Made by a program: the position numbers and the translations under genes
Notes under the pieces: generated by a model
What the model was told of the DNA's origin: nothing
Databases searched by the model: none
The model's input: the letters and a program-made list of their open reading frames with translations, nothing else
Shown here: one piece after another, positions 52,763 through 62,845 of the stretch
Numbering within the stretch: the stretch's first letter is position 1
Layout: each line of letters starts with the position of its first letter
Assembly: GCA_004764695.1 (NCBI GenBank)
Contig: SMSO01000031.1
Location: 3,510,436 to 3,574,435 of the forward strand
Length of the DNA stretch: 64,000 nucleotides
Reading direction: 5' to 3'
From: Schizochytrium sp. TIO01
Lineage: Eukaryota > Protista > Bigyra: Labyrinthulomycetes

Positions 52763-53774
52763 ATGCGATAGGTCCTTATTTGCGATGCTGCTCGCTCACC
52801 CTTCCCCGTTGGCCGATTTGCCATTGTTCAACCAATGAGGAGGTGGGAGCGGAAGTCCTTTCACCTTTCTTTATGCTAAAGTAGGTGAGTTCTACGGTTG
52901 TTCCTCCTCATTCAATTGGTTGAAAATTCTCTTTCATTGCACGTCGGCTCCGCGACCATACGAGGGCCGTATAACGCATAGTAGCCGCGAATAGCCCATA
53001 GTGTGGCGGGGGGATAGTCTATAGTGCGGCGGAATACTTCACTTGCAGCCTTGAGTGTGTACTGTGGAGCGTTTGTGGAAGTAGGTTGCAGTTCTCTTTT
53101 CTCTTTCTCTTGGGCTGAAAATCGATGATGATGATCAGGAAAGTAGCGCCTCGACTGATTGAGCTGAGGCAAGGGAAGAGTCGATGCAGCCAATGCTGAC
53201 GGCTCTGCACAGCCAAGGAGGTCCGTGGCTCAGAGTGGCCCTCCACCTGCATCGGTGCCCCGCTCAGGCTTCAAGAAGTGCTGCACCACCCTTGGAAATC
53301 GCAGCAGGCAGGAGAACCGGCTTCGTTTGGGACAGTGAAGTTAAATCTAACATGTCACAGTGCTATTTCGTATAACCGATTTGTGGTTGTCCAGGATACA
53401 GTGGAGTAAAACGCGCCAAAGTAGAGTATCGGGACCACAGAATAGCGCATGAGGAGGGAAAGGTGGCAGGTGTACGATGGGCGGGTGTGCGCAAGACGAC
53501 CACGTGGCGCAGAAGAAGTCCACTTGCTAAATACAGGGTGGGCAGGACTTCGATTGGGGAATGAAGACAGTCGGCAAGTCCTCGATAAACTGATACACCA
53601 CAACTGAAATTGCCAAGTTTAATCGCTCACTCTCTGATGCTTTCCGGGCAGCAAAGGTAGCAGTCGTTGCTAGTGCGTCACTTGCTTGCTTGTGGCATGT
53701 GCGGCTGCTTCCTAGATGATGGTGCTTAGAAGGGTGGGTGACGCACATTACTTGGGAAGGGTCTCTTATTGCGT
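52763..53774 (+). ncRNA. Putative ~1 kb multi-branched structured RNA, domain C (unidentified)
   Basis: Ends pair: UCGCUCACCCUUC (52792-52804) with GAAGGGUGGGUGA (53729-53741), 13 bp with 2 G-U; AUGCGAUAGG (52763-52772) with CUUAUUGCGU (53765-53774). More than 10 compatible internal helices. No ORF longer than 93 aa. Confidence 0.7.
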
Positions 53775-54015
53775 GTGGCATGGCACAAAGCAAACATAAC
53801 CATCTGCTGGGAATACATGCCTAGGCACCTAGTACCTAGGTACTTGCAGCAAATGAAAGTCAAAAGGGAATAACAGACAAAGTAGCAGAACTTGAAGGGA
53901 ACTAGGCAAGTAATGTGAGGGACTTGAAAAATTAGAGTTTACAAAATTAGAGAACTGCAATTTAATGGATTGCAGCGACGAGCCTTGATGTAGCCGTAGC
54001 AGGCGCGCCAAACAA

Positions 54016-57000
54016 TTAAGACAAAGCCACATCTGTGGAATTATTAAAGCGAGTTTGGAACGAAGAGTTCTCTGTGGTAGAAGTTGTTGGTGCACTCTTC
54101 TCATCATCTTCTGCAGTCTTAGCATTGTCTTCATTTTCACTGTTAGGGCGCTTCATGCTCTGTTCAGAAGGTGATCGCAGCTCAAGGGAAATATCGCTTC
54201 GTGGAGTCATTGCGTGCGTCAGCAACGGAGCTGGAGGCGATGCAACGGTTGGTACAACACCAGAAGTTGAGAAGCTTTCGAGATCCAGGAGAGATGCATT
54301 AGAACGGTTCAGGGTCTCGTGAAAACCCGATCTGCCCTTCCTGAACTCGTCGTCCTCAAAGGAATCTGAGTTACTTGAAAGGTCTATTTCTCCCTGAAGT
54401 ATCATATGATGCGGCAAAGATGATGTATGAAGCGATTGAGTTGAATCGTATAGCATGACAGAGTTCTCTTTCGTGTCAAAAGGGGAGCTTTCTTCAACAT
54501 CAACCTTGAGGACCTTGTCAGAGGACAACCGTCTGTGCCTTCTATGACCATTAAACAAAGAAGGATTCGTCACATCATGGCCGCAGGTCCAGATAGTGCG
54601 TAAAATACTACTAACTTTAGTTGCACCACACCAAAGAAGAAGAAAAAGCTCGTAACCAATAATTCCACAAGCAAGTGCTCGTGGAATATAAGTGCTGTCC
54701 TCAATAGTAGACCACAGAATGACAGTGAGAAGAAGAAACAAACCTGCATGAACCATCGAGGCGTAAAAATTGTCGACGTAGTCTCGATAAGGGTGTAGAT
54801 ACATCTGCACCATCGTTCCAGCGAACGTAATCAAATAGGTGAACGCAAGCTGACCTACGGTTCCTTCTGCAACGAGAAGAGCCACAGAAGTTTGAAAATA
54901 TTTGCGGATCATATCCAAAACTTGAAAATATTCACGAAATTTGTATGTGAAGCGGCTGTAGTCCTTCGTCTTTCGCTCGGGATCAACATGTTGTTCATAC
55001 AATGCTTCCACTCCGGGAGTTCGCGAGTAAATCAAGTACGAAAGTAGTCCCACTGGGCCAACACTATAAATGATTGACATCACTAACGAATAATAGTGCA
55101 GAGTAGATGTTGTAGAATATTCTGTAGAATAATCATATCGTAAATACTGTGTACCATCTTCGAGAGTATCGTAAATAAATGTCTGAATGATTGTCAGGTT
55201 TGCTTGGGGGAAGATGTTCACGATCAAATAGTATGCCAGTCGCCATGTCATTGCTGTGACTTTCCCGCGCGCGTCCTCCCTCTGTTCTTCCTTCTCAAAT
55301 TCAAACCAGGCAAGACATTTCTGAAAGCACAAAAAGGAGATGCACAACAAAAGCAGGGCAACGATGGGCATGATGGTTGCAAACAGGACCCGCGAGAACT
55401 GGGTGTCCTCGATAAAGCAGGAAAATGTGCTTGATAACTTCGACGAATCGAGGTTGAACCATGCCATACCCTTGCTGAAGTCGTCCCATACAGAGAGCCA
55501 GTCATATGATTGCTCGAAAATACGATGAAAGCCGTAAGCGATCTGAAAAAATCCAAGAGAAATCATAAATGTGATCAGCAAATCTTCGAACACATGAGCT
55601 TGAAATTTGCAGGAGCAACAGGCCTTGCAGCGGGCTACCTTGCTGCGTTTTCGACAAAATGAAGGGACACAGGAACACCTATCAGCCTTCCTGGTCTTGA
55701 CACTTTTCTGGGCATAGTAAAATACAGCAAATATTATAAGCAGCCAACCAATCGAAGTGAATATAACCATAACCGAAAACTTAGCAATGCTCAAGTTCCT
55801 CCTTTCATCCGTGCATTCGGTACAAAGACCAGAGTCGTTATAAGAAAGATCATCTTCACAAGCAGCACAAAACGGCCCCGTATGACCCTCAGCACAATAC
55901 AATGGATTAGTATACGCTGATAGCATGCGGCGGTTTGAACTGTTTGAAGAGGTGTTTTTCAAACTGCCGTCTCCTCCAACACACCGTGCTGCAACTTCGC
56001 ACGCATATATACTTGCGGAATCCCGAGATGCTCTCCAATACCCCGGCAACAGATCTAAAACTTCAAGACTTTCCCCAACACTACTGCAGTTCATTCCAGT
56101 AACACATGGGTACACGACTATGTCTCCATTCTCATCAGTAGTAGAATAGTACCCAGCGGGGGCAAAGCAGTCATCTACACTTGTTGCTTTGCCTCGTGTT
56201 GTCAGCAGGTCGTTTGGGCATTGAATACAACCCACAGTGGCATCCTCAACATAAGAACCTCGAGGGCAATACTCGCATTCATATGACCCATCTTCTGCAG
56301 CGGGTACGCGTTCCGCACCGGGTTCACAAATAATTGATGCAGAGCTCATTGCATCACTTACTGCCGTATACACAGAGGAGACTGACGCAAGAACACGAAA
56401 GAAAGCTGGTGTGCTCACCTCCAAACCAATTTCTGCTGATCGCACTGTTGAATCTTGAACAAGTATACAGTCGGGGACATTTGCTTTAGCTTCAGACACA
56501 TCTATGCATGACGACAAACTTGGCATTGTGGTTGAGTCGCGCTCATCTGTTCGATAAATTAAAAACATGTCGGTGTCGCCTGTCCAGGTCCATGTTAGAA
56601 CAACATAACCATCTGCTACGCTGCTGTCATCTTCATCTTCTTCATCTCTTGTGTAAAAAGTGGAGTTTCCAATAACATTTCTTACGCGACGTCGCGAACA
56701 TCCACCCTCCTCGTAGCCGTCATCACCTTCCACAGCTCCTGTACACGTGCATTCAACGCTGATCGAGGACGAACTAGTTAAGCACGTGCCCAGCGAGGAA
56801 CAAGTGTCGGGGCATCCGATGATCGATGTGGATGGGGCAAATGATGTACTGGCGCCAGCATATGTACTTTCTGAGAATCGAAAACGAGACTCCGCATAAA
56901 TATAGCGTCCAGCGCTGTCAGCAAAATAATTTGTCACACCGTTGTAATTGACATAAATGTCACTCTCGTCCACTGTGGGTAGTGGGTTGTCAGCTTGGAA

Positions 57001-60000
57001 GTCGCATTTGTGAATGTGTGATGTCACTGCTGCTGCAAGGTACATACTACCACCAACACCTTTTGTACAACCCTCTGAGGCGTCTGCTTGTGAGACTTCA
57101 TTCAGCTGACACTCTGCTGTCTGATACATTGAACTGTTTGAGCTTAAAATGAATGCACCACACTTCGCTCTTGTAGAGAACGAGGTAACAAGGTCACATG
57201 TGGTTTGCTCACGACAAGTAAATGACGCTGCGTTGTCCACGAAAACCGTGGAGTTCATATTTGCAATAGTTCCGACTCCTGCGTATATCGCTCCACCTTG
57301 CTGAGCAGCTGTATTAGAATCAAATGTAGCGTTGACTGCGTTAATCTCAGCTCCGCTGTCCACTGCAACAGCTCCACCTACAGTAGTCGCTGTATTTTTG
57401 GTGAAGGTAGATTCAGTTACGTCAATCACAAATGCACCAGTCGCATAGATTGCACCACCTGAGGTTTTTGTGGCCTCATTGGAGGTAAATGTACATGATG
57501 TAATATTCATGGCCGAGACGGAAGGACTCTCCTCAGCATAAATTGCAGCACCCATGTTTGCTGAATTACCAGAAAATTGAACATCAATCATGCACAATTG
57601 AGCTTCACCACAAACACTATAATCAGATGATGGGAGAGCATTTGAAATGTATATGGCACCTCCACCAACGCTAGCTTCGTTTTTCTCGATGCTTCCACCC
57701 TGCCAGATTTCAGGAAGAATGCTGTTGGTTTTGAACTCAACAGCACCTCCATCAAGGCCAGCAGTATTACCAGTAAAATCAACATTTTGAAATGCACGAA
57801 TTTGGCCTCCAGAGACAACAGTAATTGCACCTCCACCACCTTCACATTGATTGTCACTGAATACTGTATCAATGATTGTGTCGATGTACCCAGCAACATA
57901 CATACACCCTCCTTCTCCTGCCTGGATACTGTTCTGCGTATTTCCTGTGAAAATGCAATTACTGATAGTGCCGATCTGGCCACGGCTAGTAAGAGCAACT
58001 GCCCCTCCAGTGGTAGCTGACATCTTTTCATAGGTGCTGTCAAGGATCTCATTTACTGTACCATCAACTAAAAGAGCGCCGCCAAAACGCTGGCTAAGAC
58101 TGCCTCCTGCTTTGGCGTTGTAAAAGTAGCAATTTTTGATTCGACCTAGAGTGCCCTGTACAAAGATCTGTCCGCCAAAGCGATGCTCACCATCGAAGAT
58201 CGAGGTGTTTCTTTGATGCTGAAAATTCTCGTATCTCCAGAGAGTTCCACCGCGATGAACATGAAGAAATTCGTCGCCTTGTAGCAGAATTCTATCTGAA
58301 TCTGATTCTGATGGGTCGCCAATGAGACTGATATTTTTGCCCTGTTCGATAACAAGCTCGTACACCAGATCTATATTTGCAGTGATGCGGATTTCTCCAT
58401 GAACAAAGGTGTCATTTGCAAGGAGCGAGCTGAGCTGCTCATATGTAGAGACAAACATAATTTCATATGGCTCGTCACTGGCAGATACTTCATCCTCTGC
58501 ATCAACTATTGGCGATACCCACGCGGTAAGGTCTACTGGCAGTAACGTATCGATGTCATCCTGGACTTTGTCTTCATAGGAAACAAAAACATACACCTCA
58601 GAAGACCAAAGCTCAATTCCATCATAGTGGCCCTTTGCACAGACGCGGCGGGTCATATTTCCAAGCACATTGGTATTGTTGAGTTCATCGACTCCGAAAT
58701 CTTCTGAAGTGAGCGAGTCGCTTTCCCGAAGAGCCAGAAAATTGAAAGGACAACTGGTCAAATACTCATCAAAGTACTCCATGTTTGATGAGATATTTAA
58801 ATCAAGGTGAATTGTTGCGTTCGGAACAGATGTGGAGAGTTTGATACACTGCACTACCGGCGAACTTGCCAAAGTGAAGTAGTCAGTGACATTTGTGTGG
58901 GTGCCATTTGAGTAGAGGACCAATTCAAAACAAGATACAGCTGGGTCGGTATCTTGATATGGGATGTCTTCCACCATATCTGTAGCAGAGTTAACAACAT
59001 CAAACAGTGCATCACTCGTGGTGGCTGAAATACGCCACCATCCTGTAGTTTTGTCATTGAGATTTCTATAGACACTAGCCAGGAAAATTTCACCTTCACT
59101 GTTTGTAGTAAGTCCAAAATGGAACAGCTGCTGTTTTGACACTTCGCCATCATCAGCAAAATAGGCTGAACTCCATGTATTTCCATCATCCTCTGATACT
59201 CGGAAGGCAAGGCGGAAGAGACTAGTACCGAGTACTTCCCAGCGATAGAAAACGGCCCAACGGCCGGCTTGGGAAGGGTCGGCAATGATGAACATTTCCT
59301 CATCAGATAAGGTGTATGGGAAAGCAACTGGGTGTACAAAGCCAGTTGTTTCTACTCTGAGAGCACCATTGTCACCTGGGGTTAGTCGCGCATACCGAAT
59401 TCCCACAGATTCATGTTGCCAAATGAGCATCCAGGTGTCATTGTGAGGACTCGAAGCAAGATGAACGTCTGCATCCTTTCCACCATAGTTCGTTACACGA
59501 ACACGGTCGTACCAAGAGCATGAGCGTTCTAAACCTGCCTTCGCCTCTGCAAACTCAATATCAGCGTGGCCGTTTGCTAATGTTATAGTGTTTACTAGAA
59601 GAATGCGTCCAGTGCGTTGGTCCGAGAGTAGGGAAGGGTTTCTATCCTGCAGCAAATCACTTTCTGCTCCTGAATAGGCACTGGTAACTTCCATGAGAGA
59701 GGTCTCGGACATGGTGTTATCTAAGAGGCCATACGAAGAAGTGCCATCGTTCACTGAGAATGATGTTGACAGAATATCCTTATCGTCGCCCAAGTCCTGC
59801 CCATCAGTAGTTGGCGTTTCCCAAATGATCACAGCGGTACCATTATCATCGGTGCCAATATTAGGGTAACGTTTGTATCCAGTTCCAGCAGTGATTTGTA
59901 ATCCATAACCTTCTTCCTCACCAGTCCAGAACCCACCCTCCAAGGCCTTTGCTTTGCTAATTTGTCCAACATGGATACTCTGAAACGTCTTTTTGAGTTT

Positions 60001-60474
60001 ACTTCCGTAATAAGTTGGTGCTTGGTTGCGAAATGCCACTGCCCATCCTTGGTCTCCAAACGACGAGACTTTGGGCATAGACTGGCCTCGTCCAGGTAGG
60101 CTTGAGTCGGCTGACTTGCTGATGTTGAATGCATAGTGTGCTTCAGACCAAGTCTTGTTGTCGTGTGGACGCGTGCGATATTTAAGCTGGACAATCTCTT
60201 GGTCTACATCTGTTATGCTTGAATAGAGAGCGATACAGTCGCCTGCTGTGTCGCAGGCAACAGCAGGTCTAATTGAAGGGCTTGCTTCAAGAGTGTCACT
60301 GTTCAACCATAGTTCTCCATCACCGCAGAGCTCCTCAACCTCGCTCCAGCCTCCAGCAGCTGCTGAAACTTTGTAAGGTAGCGCCACAAGAGACGTCAAG
60401 AGCAGAAGTAGAATTGCCATTGTCTTCAAAGGCACTGCGCCTGGCAGACTTTGTGCAGCCGCCATCTTCTGCAT
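54016..60474 (-). CDS. 2152-aa cell-surface protein: signal peptide, Asp-box region, Pmp-like GGA(I/V)/FxxN beta-helix repeats, Cys-rich repeats and multi-TM C-terminal domain
   Basis: SEDDGNTWS Asp-box; repeated FxxNxA..GGAI; CEYCPRGSY, CPNDLLTT, GYWR and CAEGHTGPFCAAC; several TM segments followed by an S-rich cytoplasmic tail. Confidence 0.9.
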   Translation of the reverse strand: MQKMAAAQSLPGAVPLKTMAILLLLLTSLVALPYKVSAAAGGWSEVEELCGDGELWLNSDTLEASPSIRPAVACDTAGDCIALYSSITDVDQEIVQLKYRTRPHDNKTWSEAHYAFNISKSADSSLPGRGQSMPKVSSFGDQGWAVAFRNQAPTYYGSKLKKTFQSIHVGQISKAKALEGGFWTGEEEGYGLQITAGTGYKRYPNIGTDDNGTAVIIWETPTTDGQDLGDDKDILSTSFSVNDGTSSYGLLDNTMSETSLMEVTSAYSGAESDLLQDRNPSLLSDQRTGRILLVNTITLANGHADIEFAEAKAGLERSCSWYDRVRVTNYGGKDADVHLASSPHNDTWMLIWQHESVGIRYARLTPGDNGALRVETTGFVHPVAFPYTLSDEEMFIIADPSQAGRWAVFYRWEVLGTSLFRLAFRVSEDDGNTWSSAYFADDGEVSKQQLFHFGLTTNSEGEIFLASVYRNLNDKTTGWWRISATTSDALFDVVNSATDMVEDIPYQDTDPAVSCFELVLYSNGTHTNVTDYFTLASSPVVQCIKLSTSVPNATIHLDLNISSNMEYFDEYLTSCPFNFLALRESDSLTSEDFGVDELNNTNVLGNMTRRVCAKGHYDGIELWSSEVYVFVSYEDKVQDDIDTLLPVDLTAWVSPIVDAEDEVSASDEPYEIMFVSTYEQLSSLLANDTFVHGEIRITANIDLVYELVIEQGKNISLIGDPSESDSDRILLQGDEFLHVHRGGTLWRYENFQHQRNTSIFDGEHRFGGQIFVQGTLGRIKNCYFYNAKAGGSLSQRFGGALLVDGTVNEILDSTYEKMSATTGGAVALTSRGQIGTISNCIFTGNTQNSIQAGEGGCMYVAGYIDTIIDTVFSDNQCEGGGGAITVVSGGQIRAFQNVDFTGNTAGLDGGAVEFKTNSILPEIWQGGSIEKNEASVGGGAIYISNALPSSDYSVCGEAQLCMIDVQFSGNSANMGAAIYAEESPSVSAMNITSCTFTSNEATKTSGGAIYATGAFVIDVTESTFTKNTATTVGGAVAVDSGAEINAVNATFDSNTAAQQGGAIYAGVGTIANMNSTVFVDNAASFTCREQTTCDLVTSFSTRAKCGAFILSSNSSMYQTAECQLNEVSQADASEGCTKGVGGSMYLAAAVTSHIHKCDFQADNPLPTVDESDIYVNYNGVTNYFADSAGRYIYAESRFRFSESTYAGASTSFAPSTSIIGCPDTCSSLGTCLTSSSSISVECTCTGAVEGDDGYEEGGCSRRRVRNVIGNSTFYTRDEEDEDDSSVADGYVVLTWTWTGDTDMFLIYRTDERDSTTMPSLSSCIDVSEAKANVPDCILVQDSTVRSAEIGLEVSTPAFFRVLASVSSVYTAVSDAMSSASIICEPGAERVPAAEDGSYECEYCPRGSYVEDATVGCIQCPNDLLTTRGKATSVDDCFAPAGYYSTTDENGDIVVYPCVTGMNCSSVGESLEVLDLLPGYWRASRDSASIYACEVAARCVGGDGSLKNTSSNSSNRRMLSAYTNPLYCAEGHTGPFCAACEDDLSYNDSGLCTECTDERRNLSIAKFSVMVIFTSIGWLLIIFAVFYYAQKSVKTRKADRCSCVPSFCRKRSKVARCKACCSCKFQAHVFEDLLITFMISLGFFQIAYGFHRIFEQSYDWLSVWDDFSKGMAWFNLDSSKLSSTFSCFIEDTQFSRVLFATIMPIVALLLLCISFLCFQKCLAWFEFEKEEQREDARGKVTAMTWRLAYYLIVNIFPQANLTIIQTFIYDTLEDGTQYLRYDYSTEYSTTSTLHYYSLVMSIIYSVGPVGLLSYLIYSRTPGVEALYEQHVDPERKTKDYSRFTYKFREYFQVLDMIRKYFQTSVALLVAEGTVGQLAFTYLITFAGTMVQMYLHPYRDYVDNFYASMVHAGLFLLLTVILWSTIEDSTYIPRALACGIIGYELFLLLWCGATKVSSILRTIWTCGHDVTNPSLFNGHRRHRRLSSDKVLKVDVEESSPFDTKENSVMLYDSTQSLHTSSLPHHMILQGEIDLSSNSDSFEDDEFRKGRSGFHETLNRSNASLLDLESFSTSGVVPTVASPPAPLLTHAMTPRSDISLELRSPSEQSMKRPNSENEDNAKTAEDDEKSAPTTSTTENSSFQTRFNNSTDVALS

Positions 60475-61061
60475 AATATATTCCTCTCTGCAGACTTGAG
60501 TTAGTCTGAGTGGAAGGTTTTGCTTGTGCTAAGCTTAGCTTAGTTACGCCCAGGCAAGTGCCTGGGCTATACTCTTCTCAACGCTCGTTGATCAGTAGAT
60601 GCGCAGCAAATGGTGGATATCTTGGCTTGGGTTTTGCTTTCGTGCTGCCTCTAGCTACAGGTGGTCCTCTCAAGTTATACCCTCAAATTATGATATTATG
60701 TAATTTGCTCACCAGCACAGCACAGCACAGCACAGTACAGTCCCAGCCCCACGAGCCCGAGCCAAGTGGTCTCGCTATCCTCGTCAGCTGACAAACCAAC
60801 TAACGCACTAGCAAGCTAGCTAGCTAGCTATCTGCTCGACACCTATCACCACCATGCACGCACAGCGTCACAGAGCTCGCTCTCTCCGCGCACGCAGGCT
60901 GCACTCGCTTATCCCCACTTGCCTCCCAGGCTCCGCAATCAGTGTTTGCTTTGCTTCGCTTGCTTGCTTGCTTGCTTGCCTGCAATCAATTCCCAAAGGA
61001 CCTTGCGTACCCCAAGAGGTTCCAAATATGTCCCTCCTTAAGGGGAATGCTGTACTCCAGA

Positions 61062-61062
<1 letters not shown>

Positions 61063-61094
<32 letters not shown>

Positions 61095-61095
61095 C

Positions 61096-61126
<31 letters not shown>

Positions 61127-61157
61127 CTCAATCAATCACTCACTCACTCATTCATTC
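61063..61157. repeat. Compound (AATC)n/(ACTC)n/(ATTC)n microsatellite
   Basis: More than 20 tetranucleotide units with gradual unit turnover. Confidence 0.95.
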
Positions 61158-61579
61158 AGCCATCCAGAGAGGGCACCAACCGACCAGTGAGAGATAAGAA
61201 AAGAAGAAAGAGAAAGGAATCGTTGTTTGCGTCTCATTCTTTCATTCTGTCATTCTTTCATTCTTTCATTCTTTCATTCTTTCATCCTTTGAGAGAGAAG
61301 AGAAGAGAAGTGAAGTGAAGTGGTCTCGTGAACGTGTGCGCGTGTGTAGGTAGAAGAAGAACTAGGAGGTACCTGCTTACTGCGTGTAGTTAGTTAGTTA
61401 GTTCTTCTGCAGTTTCACTCCAATAATCTGTTTGATAGATAGAGCATAGTTAAACAACCCTGCGTAGCAAGCACTGAAACAACCAACCAATCCATCAATC
61501 AGTCAATCGATCTATCTATTTAATCCGGGTTCTCCCATCATCGCCAGCACCCACGCATTCGCATGCATGCATGTCATGT

Positions 61580-61631
<52 letters not shown>
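61580..61631. repeat. (GCAA)n microsatellite
   Basis: About 13 perfect units. Confidence 0.97.
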
Positions 61632-61652
<21 letters not shown>

Positions 61653-61793
61653 TTCCGGCCCAGAGTCGCTCGGGACGGCCAGACGAAACGAATGTAGCGC
61701 CGGGCCCTTCTCGAGCTGGCAGTGGCAGTGAGTGGCATTCAGTGTTCCTGCAGACTTCAAGCCCTGAATTCCGTGCACTTGCTTACTGCTGCT

Positions 61794-61860
61794 GATTGAT
61801 GATTGATTGATTGACTGATGATTGATTGATTGATTGATTGACTGACTGACTGACTGACTG
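61794..61860. repeat. Compound (GATT)n/(GACT)n microsatellite
   Basis: Imperfect tandem TGAT/TGAC units. Confidence 0.92.
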
Positions 61861-62747
61861 GATCATCCGTGCACTTCCTCACTCTCACTCTTCCCCTCGC
61901 TCGCTCTGGCTAGCTAGCTAGCTAGCAAGCTAGCCCATTCCACTGCAGCCAGTCAGTCCACTTGGGGCTCATCTGCTCTGCGCTGCTCTGGAGGAGTCCG
62001 GTCTGCCCCGGTCCACGCACCCGAGTCTCGCTCGCATCGTCGTCCCCTTCGTCGAGACCGTCGCCGCTGCGGCATGCATGCCTCCTCCTCGTGCAGCCAC
62101 AGCCGGCCAGCCGGCCAGCCAGACATGCCGCGGCAGTCCGTCACTCACTCACTCACTCACTCTCTCACTCTCTCAGCCGCTCTTCGCTCTCCGCTGCTTC
62201 GCCTTCGCAGTGCTTGCAATCTCTCGAGTTCTTCGCCAACGAGTTCTTCGCCATCTCGAGTTCTTCGCCAGCTCGAGTTCCCAGTTCTTGCAGTTCTTGC
62301 AGCTCGAGCTCGCTGCAGCTAGCTAGCTCCAAGACCAGGCAGAGCTGGAGCAGAGAAGGCCTGCCTGCCTGGTCTGAGGCAGCAGCCCTGAGAGCAGGCG
62401 GCGGCAGCAGAGGTGCCTGCTGCCTGCCTCTGGCGACGGTACGCAGGTAGTTCGCGACGGATGGATGGATGGATGGATTGACTGCGCTGTTACATTCGTT
62501 GCATCGATTGATCGAATGATCGAATGATCGAATGATCGATTCAACGATCGATTTGAACGATTGAACGATTGAACGATTTGATCGCACGGTTTACGGCGGC
62601 TCCTCGAAACCGGGGCCCCTGGAAGGCTGGAGGGGCGGGTGGCTCGAGCGTGGTGGGCGAGGCGAGGTGAGGCGAGCGAGCCCGCTCTGCCGGCCTGCTT
62701 GCGGGATGGGCAGGAGCTCTGCAACGAAGATTGAGTTGAAGATAGAG

Positions 62748-62845
62748 TGTATGTATATATGTATGTATATGTATGTATATGTATGTATATGTATGTATAT
62801 GTATGTATATGTATGTATATGTATGTATATGTATGTATATGTATG
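62748..62845. repeat. (GTATGTATAT)n 10-bp tandem repeat
   Basis: About 9 units of an alternating purine/pyrimidine repeat. Confidence 0.95.

Noticed and set aside
52827-52930. U4 snRNA-like fragments (CCAATGAGG ... GGTTGAAAA)
   Set aside because: The U6-pairing 5' end, k-turn spacing and Sm site are missing, and the segments pair with each other inside a larger fold.
53555-53640. Possible C/D snoRNA (ATGAAGA ... CTGA ... CTGA)
   Set aside because: Imperfect C box, no rRNA target that I can recognise, and the boxes are embedded in competing helices.
53010-53815. Group I intron P/Q/S-like words and a group II domain V-like GGCCGTAT nearby
   Set aside because: Elements are out of order, there is no R element or D5 partner strand, and no host exon.
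62222-62585. CRISPR-like or mobile-element repeats
   Set aside because: No unique spacers, and no cas, transposase or reverse transcriptase ORFs anywhere in the window; eukaryotic context.
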